From NCBI RefSeq assembly GCF_036365525.1, contig NC_090378.1:24610457-24674456 (forward strand): 64,000 bases of DNA, read 5' to 3'. The notes below the pieces were generated by a model. It saw only the letters and a program-made list of their open reading frames with translations, made no database searches and was not told the DNA's origin. A program made the translations under genes and the position numbers. Numbering within the stretch: position 1 is the stretch's first letter; each line of letters opens with the position of its first letter. Below are positions 1-11,275 of this stretch, piece by piece. Source of the stretch: Heterodontus francisci (Eukaryota).

Positions 1-310
1 AGACTGCTTCAGTATCTGAGGAGTCGCGAATGATGCTAAACATTGTGCAATCATCAGCGAACATCCCCACTTCTAATCTTATGATTGAAGGAAGGTCATT
101 GATGAAGCAGCTGAAGATGGTTGGGCCTAGGACACTACCCTGAGAAACTCCTGCAGTGATGTCCTGGAGCTGAGATGATGGACCTCCAACAACCACAACC
201 ATCTTCCTTTGTGTTAGTTACGACTCCAAACAGTAGAGAGTTTTCCCCCCCCGATTCCCATTGACTCCAGTTTTACTAGGGCTCCTTGATGCCATACTCG
301 GTCAAATGTC
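1..310 (-). mobile_element. LINE RT fragment (CR1/L2-group, 'family A')
   Basis: Reverse strand encodes SVLGPTIFSCFINDLPSII...MFADDCT. Confidence 0.8.
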
Positions 311-339
311 AATCCACCATCTACAGACAAACTGCAATG

Positions 340-1297
340 AGTGAGAAGAAGAAACTGCAACAAGGCAACATGTGTAAAGATGGCGAATAAGAGATTGTCT
401 TTAACTCTGAAAACAAGACTTCAAATCATCAATGATCGAGGCCATAAAGGAAAACCACACACCACAATCTGCAAAGAGCACTGTTACAAATGTTTGGGCC
501 AACAGAGGAAAAAAATCAAGTCTTTTACTGAAGAAGAAATGCCAAAACTGAAAGCAGTTATCTTGTACTTTCTTCCCTTCTGCAATGCAACAGGTACTAT
601 GCACCCCCACAAACAATGGTGTTAATTCTGTGCTTCCAAATCTTAGTACAGATAGTCCCTACTGAGGGAGCTTATCGAGTGCATGGACAGCGGTTCTCAA
701 AAAATTAGCAGGTGGACATTCTGCAAGCAATGTTCTTCACACACAAAGAATAGGGAGGTGTCAGAAATATATTTTCTGAGCAGTTGTAAACATGCTGGAT
801 GATCTGGTAGTCAACAGAAGGAGACGGAGTCTGTTAGAGAGGAATGTGATACACTGGGAATTTCAAAAATGCAATGACAGGAAACTGAATTTGAAAAAAA
901 AACAAGCCCCATACAAATAACTGTGAATGATGAGATCGTTATTGAGTCGGGGAGAGGATGAGGAACCTTCTGATGACAAGGCTGTGGAAGGCACAGAACC
1001 AGTTATCCCTTCACTGGATGGGTTCAGAAATGTAATCACGACTCCGCAGTAATCATCTGGAACTGAGAATCTGTTTGGTCTGGTTAACAAGATAGAAATA
1101 GCACGCATTGAGAAAAGCACAAACAGGAATCAATCTGTGCTGTATCTTTTTTTAATAAAGCAGAATAAAATGATCAATTTAAATTGGTAATTTCTGCTTT
1201 TTTTTTTGATGAAGTGTCGAAACCTATACTGAAAACCCTGATATAACAATTTGTGCTGCTGGTCCAGGAGGGTTTGCAATAGTGAGATTCAATTATA
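340..1297 (+). mobile_element. Degenerate Tigger/pogo-like DNA transposon remnant
   Basis: MANKRLSLTLKTRLQII resembles a CENP-B/psq HTH start; LYFLP..NAT resembles the DDE_1 motif; many stops and frameshifts. Confidence 0.45.
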
Positions 1298-2612
1298 GTT
1301 TGAAGTCATTAAAGGGCATGTATTTTCTAAAACACAATATTGTTCTGTGACAAAGGAATGACTGTATGATAGAGCATTCTTATTTATACAAAATTACCTG
1401 ATCTCTCACTATCTACAAGCTTTAAGCCACACATCTTTTACTTCAGAGTTCATTTTATTCTGTGTGTAGCTCAAAACTTGACATTGCTCAATAACGGATA
1501 AATCTGCCCAGAGAAAGGAATGATTTTTCCATTTCACAGATATATATTGAGTTTACAATTTAACATCTCATAAGAAGTTGAAAAAACTGGAAAAAAAATA
1601 TTTTTCTCTCCATAAGGTGTCTGTACCCTTAAACAAATCCAGTTTACTCTAGTTAATTTGAAGCTATTTTTCACTCAAAAACTTAAACTTACCCAGGATA
1701 AATTAATTTTAATAAGTCAACACAGGTGGCTAATTTAAACAGATAATTAGAAATACACAGCATTGAATTAAGAGTGAACTGAAGACCATGTGCGATTATT
1801 TACTTCTCAAATAGAACAAAGAGTTCATTTGTAAGGCTCCTACAGCAATTGGAGAACACTGATGTTTTTATTTTGCTTGTATAACAGCACAAGTATAAGT
1901 GTGAGACAAGGAAAAATAAACCATTTTATTAATGTCTCAGAAAAATTATGTGCCCCTTGTTGAAATCTGCTGGGTACATAATTTCTCCTAGTAGGCATAT
2001 TTGCAATTAGTTATACTAGACACAATTCACTTGTACAAGTTAGAAAGTATTTTCCACTATAACCTCAGAAAGCACAAGTTTCATCTTTATGAATCTCAGA
2101 GGACGCATAATATAGTATAATATACAATTTCTAAATCAAACCATTTTAAAAAGGCATTCTTTCTTAGCTCAAAAACTGTAATTGCCTGTTACACAGACAA
2201 AGCTATCAGGATCTCAGTATGTAAATATTATAAAGAATATTGCTCGGAAGTCCGCATTCAATATCTATTGAACACAGATATAGGAAGGTTAGTTGCTTTT
2301 ATAAACACATAAATAACTATATGATTTGATTAAAAATCAAATTGTCCAAATAGACTTTCTGAAATTCCTTAATCTATTTGGACAGTGTACCTTGGTTTAT
2401 TGAGGCTAGGATATCTTCCATGGTACATATCTCAGCAAAGCTGAACAGTACTTTTATCCTCTAAATTGTTTTTTAGCCAAATAAGCTAACTTGCATTTAT
2501 GAATGGGGGAGGAGAGAGACGGTGACATTTTTATAACTTTCTGAATACATTAGTTATGAATATGGGGAAAGTATATCCAGAATGAGGCACTTGTTCAGTG
2601 TTGCTTCAGGAT

Positions 2613-2706
2613 TTACTTTTGAAATTTCTTCTTCTTGCGATTCTTTTTGCCTGCAGCAAGAGCTGCCTTTTCTGCTACGATCTGTTGATATTTTTTCTTG
2701 TTATAC
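2613..2706 (-). CDS. DNTTIP2: DNTTIP2 terminal coding exon 7 (YNKKKYQQIVAEKAALAAGKKNRKKKKFQK*)
   Basis: tttttcag| acceptor, phase 2 joins CG|G; TAA at 2613-2615; basic C-terminus like human AEKAANAAGKKFRKKKKF. Confidence 0.95.
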
Positions 2707-3149
2707 CTGAAAAAAAAACACTTTCAAATCATCTTTATTTATAATACATTAGCTAACAATATTATATCATCTATATGAAAGCCAGTGCCCTAAAGAGTTA
2801 TTAAAACATTACTGACCGTCCCCTTTTGAACGTGGTGTTTAAAAATTGATCAAAGCCAAACTCAACTATGAAAGGAGGGTTAGGGAGGGTTAAAAAACAA
2901 AATCATACACTGGGAAGCATGGGCAGAACTCAACGGGAAATATGAACAGGACTGTCTTTGGCTGCAGCAGCCATCATAGCTGACTAGCTTGTCAATACTC
3001 ATCCTCAAAGATCATACAAAAAATGGTGAATTTTGGGCAAGGCTGCCTGAAACTATGCGCACTACTACCTTCAGGTGAGGAAGAAACCTGAGGTTGGGAG
3101 GGGGGGGGGCGGGGAGGGGGAGTGGAAATCAAAAAAAGTATAAAGTCTG

Positions 3150-4360
3150 AAAGTGAAGGGGTATCTTGTACTTTCATGTGCATTCTTCATTCCTGCGTCC
3201 AAAATTATTTTCAAAGTTTGATGAGATATCTTACTAATCCAGTTGATTTTATTTTTGGGATGTCACTAGCATGCTAAATAGCAGATTGTCTATGGACGCT
3301 GGACTTCCAGAAAACAGTTGATAAGGCTCCATACAAAAGGTTATTAGCAAAAATGAACACACACGGAATTGCAGGTAACCTTGTAACATGGGTTAGCAAT
3401 TAGTTGGGAGGTAGGAGATAGAGAGTAGGAAAAGAGGGTTTGTTCTCCGACCAGTGGGATGCAACAAGTGGTGTTCCCCAGGGATTTGTACTGGGGAGTA
3501 AGCCATGTGGATATGAGCAGGAAGTTACAAAGGGAATAAGACAAAATGGGTGGGCAAAACTATGGGTAATGGAGTTCAATGTGAAGAACTATGATGTCAT
3601 GCATTCTGGATCTAAGAAAGACAAATTGGAATATTTTTTTATTAGTGAAATATTAGGAGCTGTGGTGGAGCACAGAGATTTAGGTGCTCGCATACACTAA
3701 AACACTATATGGAAGATATTCAAAAAGGTTAATCAAATGTTGCCCTTTATCTCAAGGGGATTGGAATTCGCAAGTGAGGAACTACTGTGTCCTGACAATC
3801 TATCATCAACTTGAAACATTAACTCTGTTTCTCTCTCCACAGATGCTGTCTGACCTACTGAGTATTTCCAGCACTTTGTTTTATATTTCAGACTTCCAGC
3901 ATCCGCAGTATTTTGCTTTGTCGAAGTACTATAGTGAGCTCCGGGCATCGTACCTCAGGAAGGGGTTATAGCACAGATTCACCAGAATTAACCAGGGCAA
4001 AAAGGGTTAAATTACGAGAAGGTTGCATGAACTTGGCGTGTATTCACTTGAATTTAGAATGGTGAAAGATAATCTAATTGAGGTATATAAAATGATTAAG
4101 GGATTAAATAATGCAGAAACAATTTTCTTTGGTGGAGGAAATCATGGAGCATTTAGGAGCAAAATCAGGAAGCACTTTTTCACAGCAAACGTAGTGGAAA
4201 TCTGGAACTCCCTCACCTAAATGGCTGTGAATGCTAGGTTAATAGATATTTCAAGACTGTGATAGATTTTTCTGTTAGGCAAGGGAAGTGGAACAAGGGC
4301 AGGTAAATGGAGCTGAGGTACAGATTACCCAGGATCTGACTGAATGGCCTACTCCAGTTC
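3150..4360 (+). mobile_element. Degenerate CR1 LINE fragment with a short Penelope-derived insert (~3790-3920)
   Basis: TSGVPQG.VLG and LYSLEFR...FFT..VV.IWNSL motifs in ORFs 3440 and 4023. Confidence 0.8.
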
Positions 4361-4382
4361 CTAGGTAAACAAAAGGGCATAC

Positions 4383-4492
4383 CGTCGGAATTCAGCATCT
4401 GCCAGAAGCTCCTCCACCATTGTTTGCTTTCTTTGTTTCTTAGGAACACGAGAGTGATAGAAGTCTACTGGATTGTCCAGAACTTCACCAAC
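4383..4492 (-). CDS. DNTTIP2: DNTTIP2 coding exon 6 (VGEVLDNPVDFYHSRVPKKQRKQTMVEELLADAEFR)
   Basis: ttatag| acceptor, |gtatgc donor, 110 nt; Fcf2 domain continuation. Confidence 0.96.
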
Positions 4493-5789
4493 CTATAAAG
4501 AAAGATTGATGAGTGTAATAACATACTAGAGTAATCATAAAAGATAAATTTTAAGAAGATACATTGCTGAAGCAAATACACCTTTACAGGAATCAGCAGC
4601 ATCTAAAAATCTGTTAGGAGCTCTGCAATGTAATGTATCAACACACCAGATTTAAATTATTAGTATTATATTTCTCCTAAAATACAATTTATTTTGATCA
4701 ACCTAATTTCTGTCCCGGCCACTTCTACCATGGGAAAAAAGGAAAGGAATAATCTCAGATGATGCTCTCCACAAATAGCAGCATGGATAGAAAGTTGACA
4801 GACAGAAACAACGGGTTAAGGGTGCTGCTCAAGTTGGAGATTTAATAGAGGCTTTTGAAGCACTAAAGGGCTCTGATAGGAAGAATAGGGAATAGGGAAA
4901 GACTGACCTCTCTGGTGGAGGTGTCAATGATGAGGAATCTTTGACTGAAAATAGCCAGTAAGATAATGAGGAGGGATTTAGAAGAAATTTCTTAACGCAG
5001 AATTTTTGGAGCACGAATTACTTTGCCACAGGAAAAAATTGAGACAGAGACCACAATGTCTTTAAAAGGCGGCCAGATGAAGAATGTGCATCACTGCCAA
5101 TTCTACCCTCACTTGGTATTCACACACACACACACACACTTTTCCGAATAGTCACGGACCAGCTGCCAGAAGCAGGAAACCATGACTGACTTCCCCCCAT
5201 CTCCAGACCGGGGAAGCTGAGGCCAAATGTAGCTCTGGCACTGCGTAAAATGATCTAATTTAGCACATTGGGGATCTTCTAGGACTTCCCTGGTGTCTAC
5301 AGCTCAGCTTCAGTCTATGGAGATGCTTTTACCCCATGCCCGCACAGCATAGAATACTTTGAAAAACTGATTTTAATTTCCTAAATTGTGGCTAATGTCC
5401 CAATTGGAGCCATCATTTGCTGTTCAATCATTTGCTTAACAGTATGGGACATTTTACTTCAGTGCCCAGCATCATGCTTTGAGCAGTCCCTCTCTATAAT
5501 TCCTGTTTCTAGGTAAGCCTGGCATTGAATACAAGATAATTTCTCTAAAACTACCAGCATCTCTCCCTCTATAATGTTTTCTCAAACCATGAGAATGGGT
5601 AGATCAGTACCAATATGTAGTTATGGAGTTCCACAATGGCTGTCCAATATTTTATAAGTCTGAGCAGCTTTATCTACTTGCAAGACCAACTTTATTTATT
5701 GCTGTATGTTACAACCTGGCTGCATTGAATAAAACTAAAAGCCCCAAACTGATCACAATATATAGCACAGCTCATCTGTTGCTACACAC

Positions 5790-5954
5790 CTGGAAATACT
5801 TAGGAAAGCCATCACGGTCATTCTTCTTGTAGAAACGCTTAGGGTTGATAGCAGCCCTCATTTTCAGTGCCCGCAGATCATTCTTCAACTCATCTGTTAG
5901 ATCAGGAGCTTTCATGTTGTACCAGCCATCCCCTGTTGTCTTTGCACGTTCTTC
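5790..5954 (-). CDS. DNTTIP2: DNTTIP2 coding exon 5, Fcf2 domain (EERAKTTGDGWYNMKAP...PKRFYKKNDRDGFPKYFQ)
   Basis: atttag| acceptor, |gtgtgt donor, 165 nt; Fcf2 pre-rRNA processing domain signature. Confidence 0.96.
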
Positions 5955-6137
5955 CTAAATGTGCAAGAGTTCAAAATAAAGACAGGCTATTAAAGGCATA
6001 ACAACCTACAGGGATGGGTTGCTTTATTTAGAGATTTAATCTTGTTTTCTAAATACAATGACACTGTCTAACAGTTACAGAGTGCACAAGCTATGGCTAC
6101 ATGGAAACCACTGTAATGCAATGGTCACCACACTTAC

Positions 6138-6233
6138 CCTGCGTTTCTTCTTCAGTTGACGAATGGACTCTTTTAAAGGTGGAACACATTCCTGCTTTTC
6201 AAATTCTGGTGTCAGGATGGTATTTGCCAACAG
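6138..6233 (-). CDS. DNTTIP2: DNTTIP2 coding exon 4 (LLANTILTPEFEKQECVPPLKESIRQLKKKRR)
   Basis: tccttag| acceptor, |gtaagt donor, 96 nt, phase 0-0; similar to human LLQKAVITPDFEKNHCVPPYSES. Confidence 0.93.
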
Positions 6234-6806
6234 CTAAGGAACAGAAATGTTAAATTACAAAATGTTCTTCCAGAAAGTCCTATTATTTATTTGAACACCA
6301 AACACAAAGGGTAATCATTGCCAGGCATCTAATTGCTCTTCCAACTGATACCTAATTATGATCTCTACCACATATCTTAACGCCCAGTTCAGTCAGGTAC
6401 ACAACATTAAAAAATAAACTGTTCCTTCTCCTCTCCTGAAGGGGCTGGAGACTCTTCAGTATAGTTTCACACTGTTGTGTACTTTGTCCAAGTGATCATT
6501 CATGGCACTAGACACAGAGTGTTGGCAATCACTGGGGGTAGGGGTAGGAGTGGGAGCAGTTAATAATTGAGCACAATCCTAACCCAACAGAAGGCATCAC
6601 ATGATGATCAGGGGCGAATTCTCTGGCACAGGGTTGTCCAACTGTTTTGGGCGGAGGGCCACATTGTGACTTTTGCTCGGCCTAGGGGGCCAGTAAGCAA
6701 ATTTTGAAAGATGAAGGCATTAAAATTTATTAAATACTAATAAAAACAACAAATGTACATTTTTGTGAAGAAGGTTAAAATGAGAAGACTAATTTATTGA
6801 CTTAAA

Positions 6807-7167
6807 GGGCGGCACAGTGGTGCAGTGGTTAGCACCGCAGCCTCACAGCTCCAGCGACCCGGGTTCAATTCTGGGTACTGCCTGTGTGGAGTTTGCAAGT
6901 TCTCCCTGTGTCTGCGTGGGTTTCCTCCGGGTGCTCCGGTTTCCTCCCACATGCCAAAGACTTGCAGGTTGATAGGTTAATTGGCCATTATAAATTGCCC
7001 CTAGTATAGGTAGGTGGTAGGGAAATATAGGAACAGGAGGGGATGTGATAGGAATATGGAATTAGTGTAGGATTAGTATAAATGGGTGGTTGGTCGGCAC
7101 AGACTCGGTGGGCCGAAGGGCCTGTTTCAGTGCTGTATCTCTAAAACTAAAACATAAAAAACTAAAA
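6807..7167 (+). mobile_element. HE1-type tRNA-derived V-SINE
   Basis: A/B-box tRNA head, V-core gtgtggagtttgca...gggtttcctccgggtgctccggtttcctcccac, CR1-derived tail gggccgaagggcctgtttc. Confidence 0.9.
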
Positions 7168-7380
7168 CTTTCTCGTCACTGTATTGAAAACTGATTTAGT
7201 GACGTACCTGGCATTGTTTTTGCATTAATAAGTAGTCAGTCTCTGCTCACACACTTGATGTAGCAATGCAGAGTATTCTGGATAGATGTCCACCTTTCAG
7301 GAGAGACCTTGATCTCTCTTCCCTCTCTCCCCACACTCTGTGCGTGTGTCTCATTCGCTCTTCCCTCCCCCGCTCCCTTC

Positions 7381-7662
7381 TAGGACTAGGGTACACAGAT
7401 TGAAAGTTTTGTGCAAAAGATGCAGAGGGAATATGACGAAGCACGTTTTTACGCAGCGGATGGTAATGACCTGGAACTCGCTGCCCACAAAGGTGGTGGA
7501 TGTGGAGACGATCAATGACTTCAAAAGGAAGTTGGATGTCCACCTGAGAGAAATAGACTTGCAGGGCTACAGGGATTGAGCTGGGGTGTAGGACTGACTG
7601 CATAGCTTCATGGAGAGCCGGCATGGGCCCGGGGCAGAATGGCCTCCTTCGGTGCCGTAAGT
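7381..7662 (+). mobile_element. CR1 3' end fragment
   Basis: HVFTQRMVMTWNSLP...FKRKLD translation and CR1 3' UTR hairpin. Confidence 0.8.
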
Positions 7663-8644
7663 AAATGGCTCTTTGACTCTCTCTCCCCCTCTGTCTGTCT
7701 CTCTTTCTCTCTCTCCACCCCTTTCTCTCTGTATCTATCCCTCCCTCCTCCACCCCCGTGTCTCCAGTGTTCACCGTTCCCAGCCCCCCCTTTTCCCCCT
7801 GTTCCCTCCCTCTCCCACACAGTTGCAGAGAAGGGAACACTCTTTCAAATTTCTTTTAAAAAAAAGATCACTGTCAGTTTCAGAGCCGACATCCGCAGGC
7901 ATCGGCAACAGCCATTTCCTAACATATACGGGGTTTTTTGGCGGATTTTTAAAAAAGTCAGAACCCACCGGAAACTCCTACCCCACCTCCCCCCCAAGTC
8001 CGTTGGAAAATGGCTGTTGCCGATGTCTGCGGCTGTCGGCTCTGAAACTGACAGCGATCTTTTTGAAAAGAATGGACTTTTAAAAGAACTTTGACAGAGC
8101 ATTCCACTCTCTGTAACTGTGCGAGTCAGCAGCCATCACCTGTGAAACTGACAGCACAATCTTTTAAAAGCCTGACAAAGGGAAATTTCTCATCTCCAAT
8201 CACGGTGAGGATGAGGAACGGCCCGGGGAACAGCTTACACCCGCGGGCCGGATGGAAACGTTCAGTGGGCCAGATGCTGGCCAGCGGGCTGTATGTTGGA
8301 TAACCCTGCTCTAGCAGAACCATATTAACGATATATTGATTTCAGCCACTCATGGTACTACCATGTCTCCATAAGTTCATTGATTGTCACATTGCCCAAC
8401 CTACCCCTCCATTTGATTATGTATAAAATAACCCTTACACTACTGTGAAATTAATTCATTTCACTGAGCTGGTAACAAAATATCAATATGGTTGCCTTCG
8501 TTGTCCTTGCTTCAAATAATGGTTTGGAGTGGGCAAAACAATTTTTCTATTAAAGGGTAAATATAACTAAAGCAAACTGAATGAACTAAAGGTCACATTC
8601 CACTGGTGCCAGTCTGGCGTGTTTGTCGAGCGGAGTACTTTTTA

Positions 8645-9005
8645 AAAAATTCATTCATGGGTTGCGGGCGTTGCTGGCATTATTGGCCATTCCTAATTGC
8701 CCTTGAGAAGCTGGTACAGAATCACCTTCATAACATCTGAGAGACCTGCTAGGCCATTGCTGTGGGTCTGGAGTTAGATATAGTGGCGGGTCAGGATGGC
8801 AGATTTCCTTCCCTAAAGGTCATTAGCGAATCAGATGTTTTTTTTTTTAAAAAGTGAACACGGTTGTTACATTACTACTGATACTTGATTTTATTCCAGA
8901 TTAACTGAATTCATATTCACCAGCAGCTGTGGTTGAATCCATGTCTCTGGATCATTAGTCTGGGCCTCTGGATTACCAGTCCAGTAACATAACCACTATG
9001 CTACT
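8645..9005 (-). mobile_element. tRNA-derived SINE, same family as 13195-13570
   Basis: Reverse complement shares head, ggaaatctgccatcc core and aatgccagcaacgcccgc tail with the 13195 copy. Confidence 0.7.
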
Positions 9006-9130
9006 GATCCCACTGAACATGCATCACCTGAGCCGATATAACTGGGTCTTCTTTTTAGGAGGAGATTGTCAGTAATGCACAAGACGTTTTGACTGCAAGT
9101 ACTTCCTACAGCAATAAAAATGGCTGAATG

Positions 9131-9319
9131 CAATGTTCTCTCTAAGTTGCATGGGTGCATGGTCATGCAACAGTCCAGAACTTATCGCACAGGCGGAAAA
9201 CAGACCGCGCACAAGAAGCGGTCCCTTTAAGATGTGCGCATGTGCGGTTGAATCTTAAAGGGATTGCACAGTGCAACAAACAGGTTGCACACAGCAAAGG
9301 GAAATTAAAGGGAACATTG
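9131..9319. mobile_element. 189-bp hAT (Tip100-like) MITE
   Basis: TIRs caatgttctctctaa / ttaaagggaacattg; imperfect 8-bp TSD gctgaatg / gctgacgg; internal inverted tccctttaagat / atcttaaaggga. Confidence 0.75.
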
Positions 9320-9499
9320 GCTGACGGTCTTCAGATGTTTCATTTCCCCATATAACCAACTTAGGCACATTTGTCACTGTCCTCAGAGATTATGCTGTTC
9401 AGTCACTGTTCCCTACCCCTATCAAACCCACCATCATCATGCCACTCCAAAAAATGCCCAATCTTGACCTATCTGATTCTCTGCAACTACTTTGAACTT

Positions 9500-9795
9500 T
9501 GCTTCCTCTAGGAGCCATAAATATAAGATAGTTACCAATAAATCCAATAGGGAATTCAGGGGTAACTTCTTTACCCAGCAAGTGGTTAGAATGTGGAACT
9601 CAGTACCGCAAGCAGTTTTAGTGAATAGCACTGGTGCATTTAAGGAGAAGCTAGTTAAACATGCGAGGGAGAGAGAACAGATTATGCTGATAGGGTTAGA
9701 TGAGGTAGGGTGGGAGAGGCTCTCGTGGAGCATAAATACCGACACGGACTAGTTAGGCAAAATGGCCTGTTTCTGTGTTGCGCATTCTATGTAAC
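9500..9795 (+). mobile_element. CR1 3' end fragment
   Basis: NFFTQQVVRMWNSVPQ translation plus tail. Confidence 0.8.
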
Positions 9796-10207
9796 TCGCA
9801 AAGTTCTGGATGTCTTGCTGCCCCAAATTTTGTACTCGCCTCTCTTTGCTTAAATGCCTTTAGCCTAACAACCATTAATTGAAAAAAATTGCATTTCAAC
9901 CATTATATTTATACCTAATGGATATGCTGCCTGTGCAATAATCTTAATTCATCGCTTCAAATTACTCCCAACACCAGTGACAGACCTGTAACCATCAGTA
10001 CTTCATAATTGTGTTGCACAGCTCAAAAAACTCTCTCCAGACATAAACCCATGTTGGAAAAACAGTATCCAAAATTGCACTGCTTGTGTCTGTTCAGTTT
10101 GACACAGCAAAAAAAAAAAGCTTTACCTGCTGATAGCATAGTGACAACACTGGACTAGCACTAAACTAAGGATTGGAAACAGGTCAGAATACACCCAAGC
10201 GTCTTAC

Positions 10208-10349
10208 CTCATCATCATTTTTCTTTTGCTCTTTTAGTTTTTTAAAGGCTTTTGAATTATGACCCTGTTTGTCGAGATCAAAGCTTATGTACAGACCACC
10301 TAGTTCCTTCAGATTTAGCCCTGGATCAATACTGCTTGACAAATCGATT
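10208..10349 (-). CDS. DNTTIP2: DNTTIP2 coding exon 3 (IDLSSSIDPGLNLKELGGLYISFD...)
   Basis: ttccag| acceptor, |gtaaga donor, 142 nt; SSSIDPGL..K.LGGLYI.F matches the conserved DNTTIP2 segment. Confidence 0.93.
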
Positions 10350-10952
10350 CTGGAATACATAAAAAAAAAAATCCATTCAAGAATCTGCTGAATTACCCAG
10401 AGTAACTTGAGCTGTGAACTTTAAAACATTCCAACTCAGATTTCAGACATTAGTGCTTGATGGCATGGGTTAATATTAAAGAATAGGCTATGCTTTTGGC
10501 TTTCCAGTTAGTTTTTATTTTTACACTGAAGTAGTAGTAAGCAATTGTTTTCCTCTCTTCGCAATTTTCTGCATGCTCCGAGTCAACTCTGTGATTCTTT
10601 CCAACAGTATGGTTAGACAGGGTCAGGCACTCTCTGGTACATCACTCAAATACACATTGTTATCCCGAGCCATGAATGTGCGCGTTGGAAAGGTATTCGA
10701 CTATGGTGTTTGGGGGAGGGAGAGTGGAGGTGGGTGGAGGGAATCACAGCCAAATGTCATCCTTTCTTCACTCCATATCTATTCATATGCGCTTTCAGCT
10801 AGGATCACTGAAAGGGGATGGAAGGCAGGAACCCTGTCTGACTTCTGCACGCTAACAGGTGAACAATAAGGCTACTTGTAGCATCCCTGCCATTCCAGCA
10901 GATGTCAGCTTTTTAAAAAAAATCCTCCTTTCTGAATTATTTTAACCTTGAT

Positions 10953-11275
10953 TATTGCTGAAAATAGAGACATGTTGTCGAAGCTTTTCATCTTGCACTC
11001 ATCAGGACAATCCGCAAGAATAACCAATGTAAGGGAAAACAACAACTTACACTGCATGAGAAGAGTGCTGATTGGTTGGCAAGTGAACTCTGATTGGTAG
11101 GCGTTGCCATGGCAAATGCATCTGTTTATGGTGACTGACTCACTTGCCAACCAATCAGCACTCTCTTCTCATGCAGTATAAGTTGTTGTTTTCCCTTACA
11201 TTGGTTATTCTTGCAGATTGTCCTGATGAGTGCAAGACGAAAAGCTTTGACAACATGTCTCTATTTTCAGCAATA
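10953..11275. repeat. Palindromic Penelope-type element, ~134-bp inverted arms each with a minimal hammerhead motif
   Basis: Arms 10953-11086 and 11140-11275 are near-perfect reverse complements; CTGATGA-gtgcaagac-GAAA-agct core in each. Confidence 0.8.
11218..11253 (+). ncRNA. Minimal type I hammerhead ribozyme motif (mirror copy on - strand at ~10975-11010)
   Basis: ttgtc CTGATGA gt-gcaag-ac GAAA agct t t gacaa: stem I ttgtc/gacaa, short stem II, palindromic stem III AAGCTT; activity unknown. Confidence 0.65.

Larger units (their letters stand above)
6629..8308 (-). mobile_element. Non-autonomous hAT (Charlie/SPIN-like) DNA transposon with nested SINE and CR1
   Basis: TIRs cagggttgtccaac / gttggataaccctg; 8-bp TSD ctctggca (6621-6628) / ctctagca (8309-8316); transposase C-terminal remnant HLSRILCIATSS...CQVRH* at ~7197-7292 (-). 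Confidence 0.85.

Noticed and set aside
1205-1235. tgatgaagtgtcgaaac hammerhead-like string
   Set aside because: Lacks the core C and convincing stems
6807-6880. tRNA-like sequence (also ~24990, ~46675, ~13200)
   Set aside because: SINE heads, not tRNA genes; followed by SINE core and LINE tail
7247-8323. Cluster of overlapping 65-197 aa ORFs with repeated peptides
   Set aside because: Artefact of CT-rich low complexity and an inverted repeat in a hAT derivative
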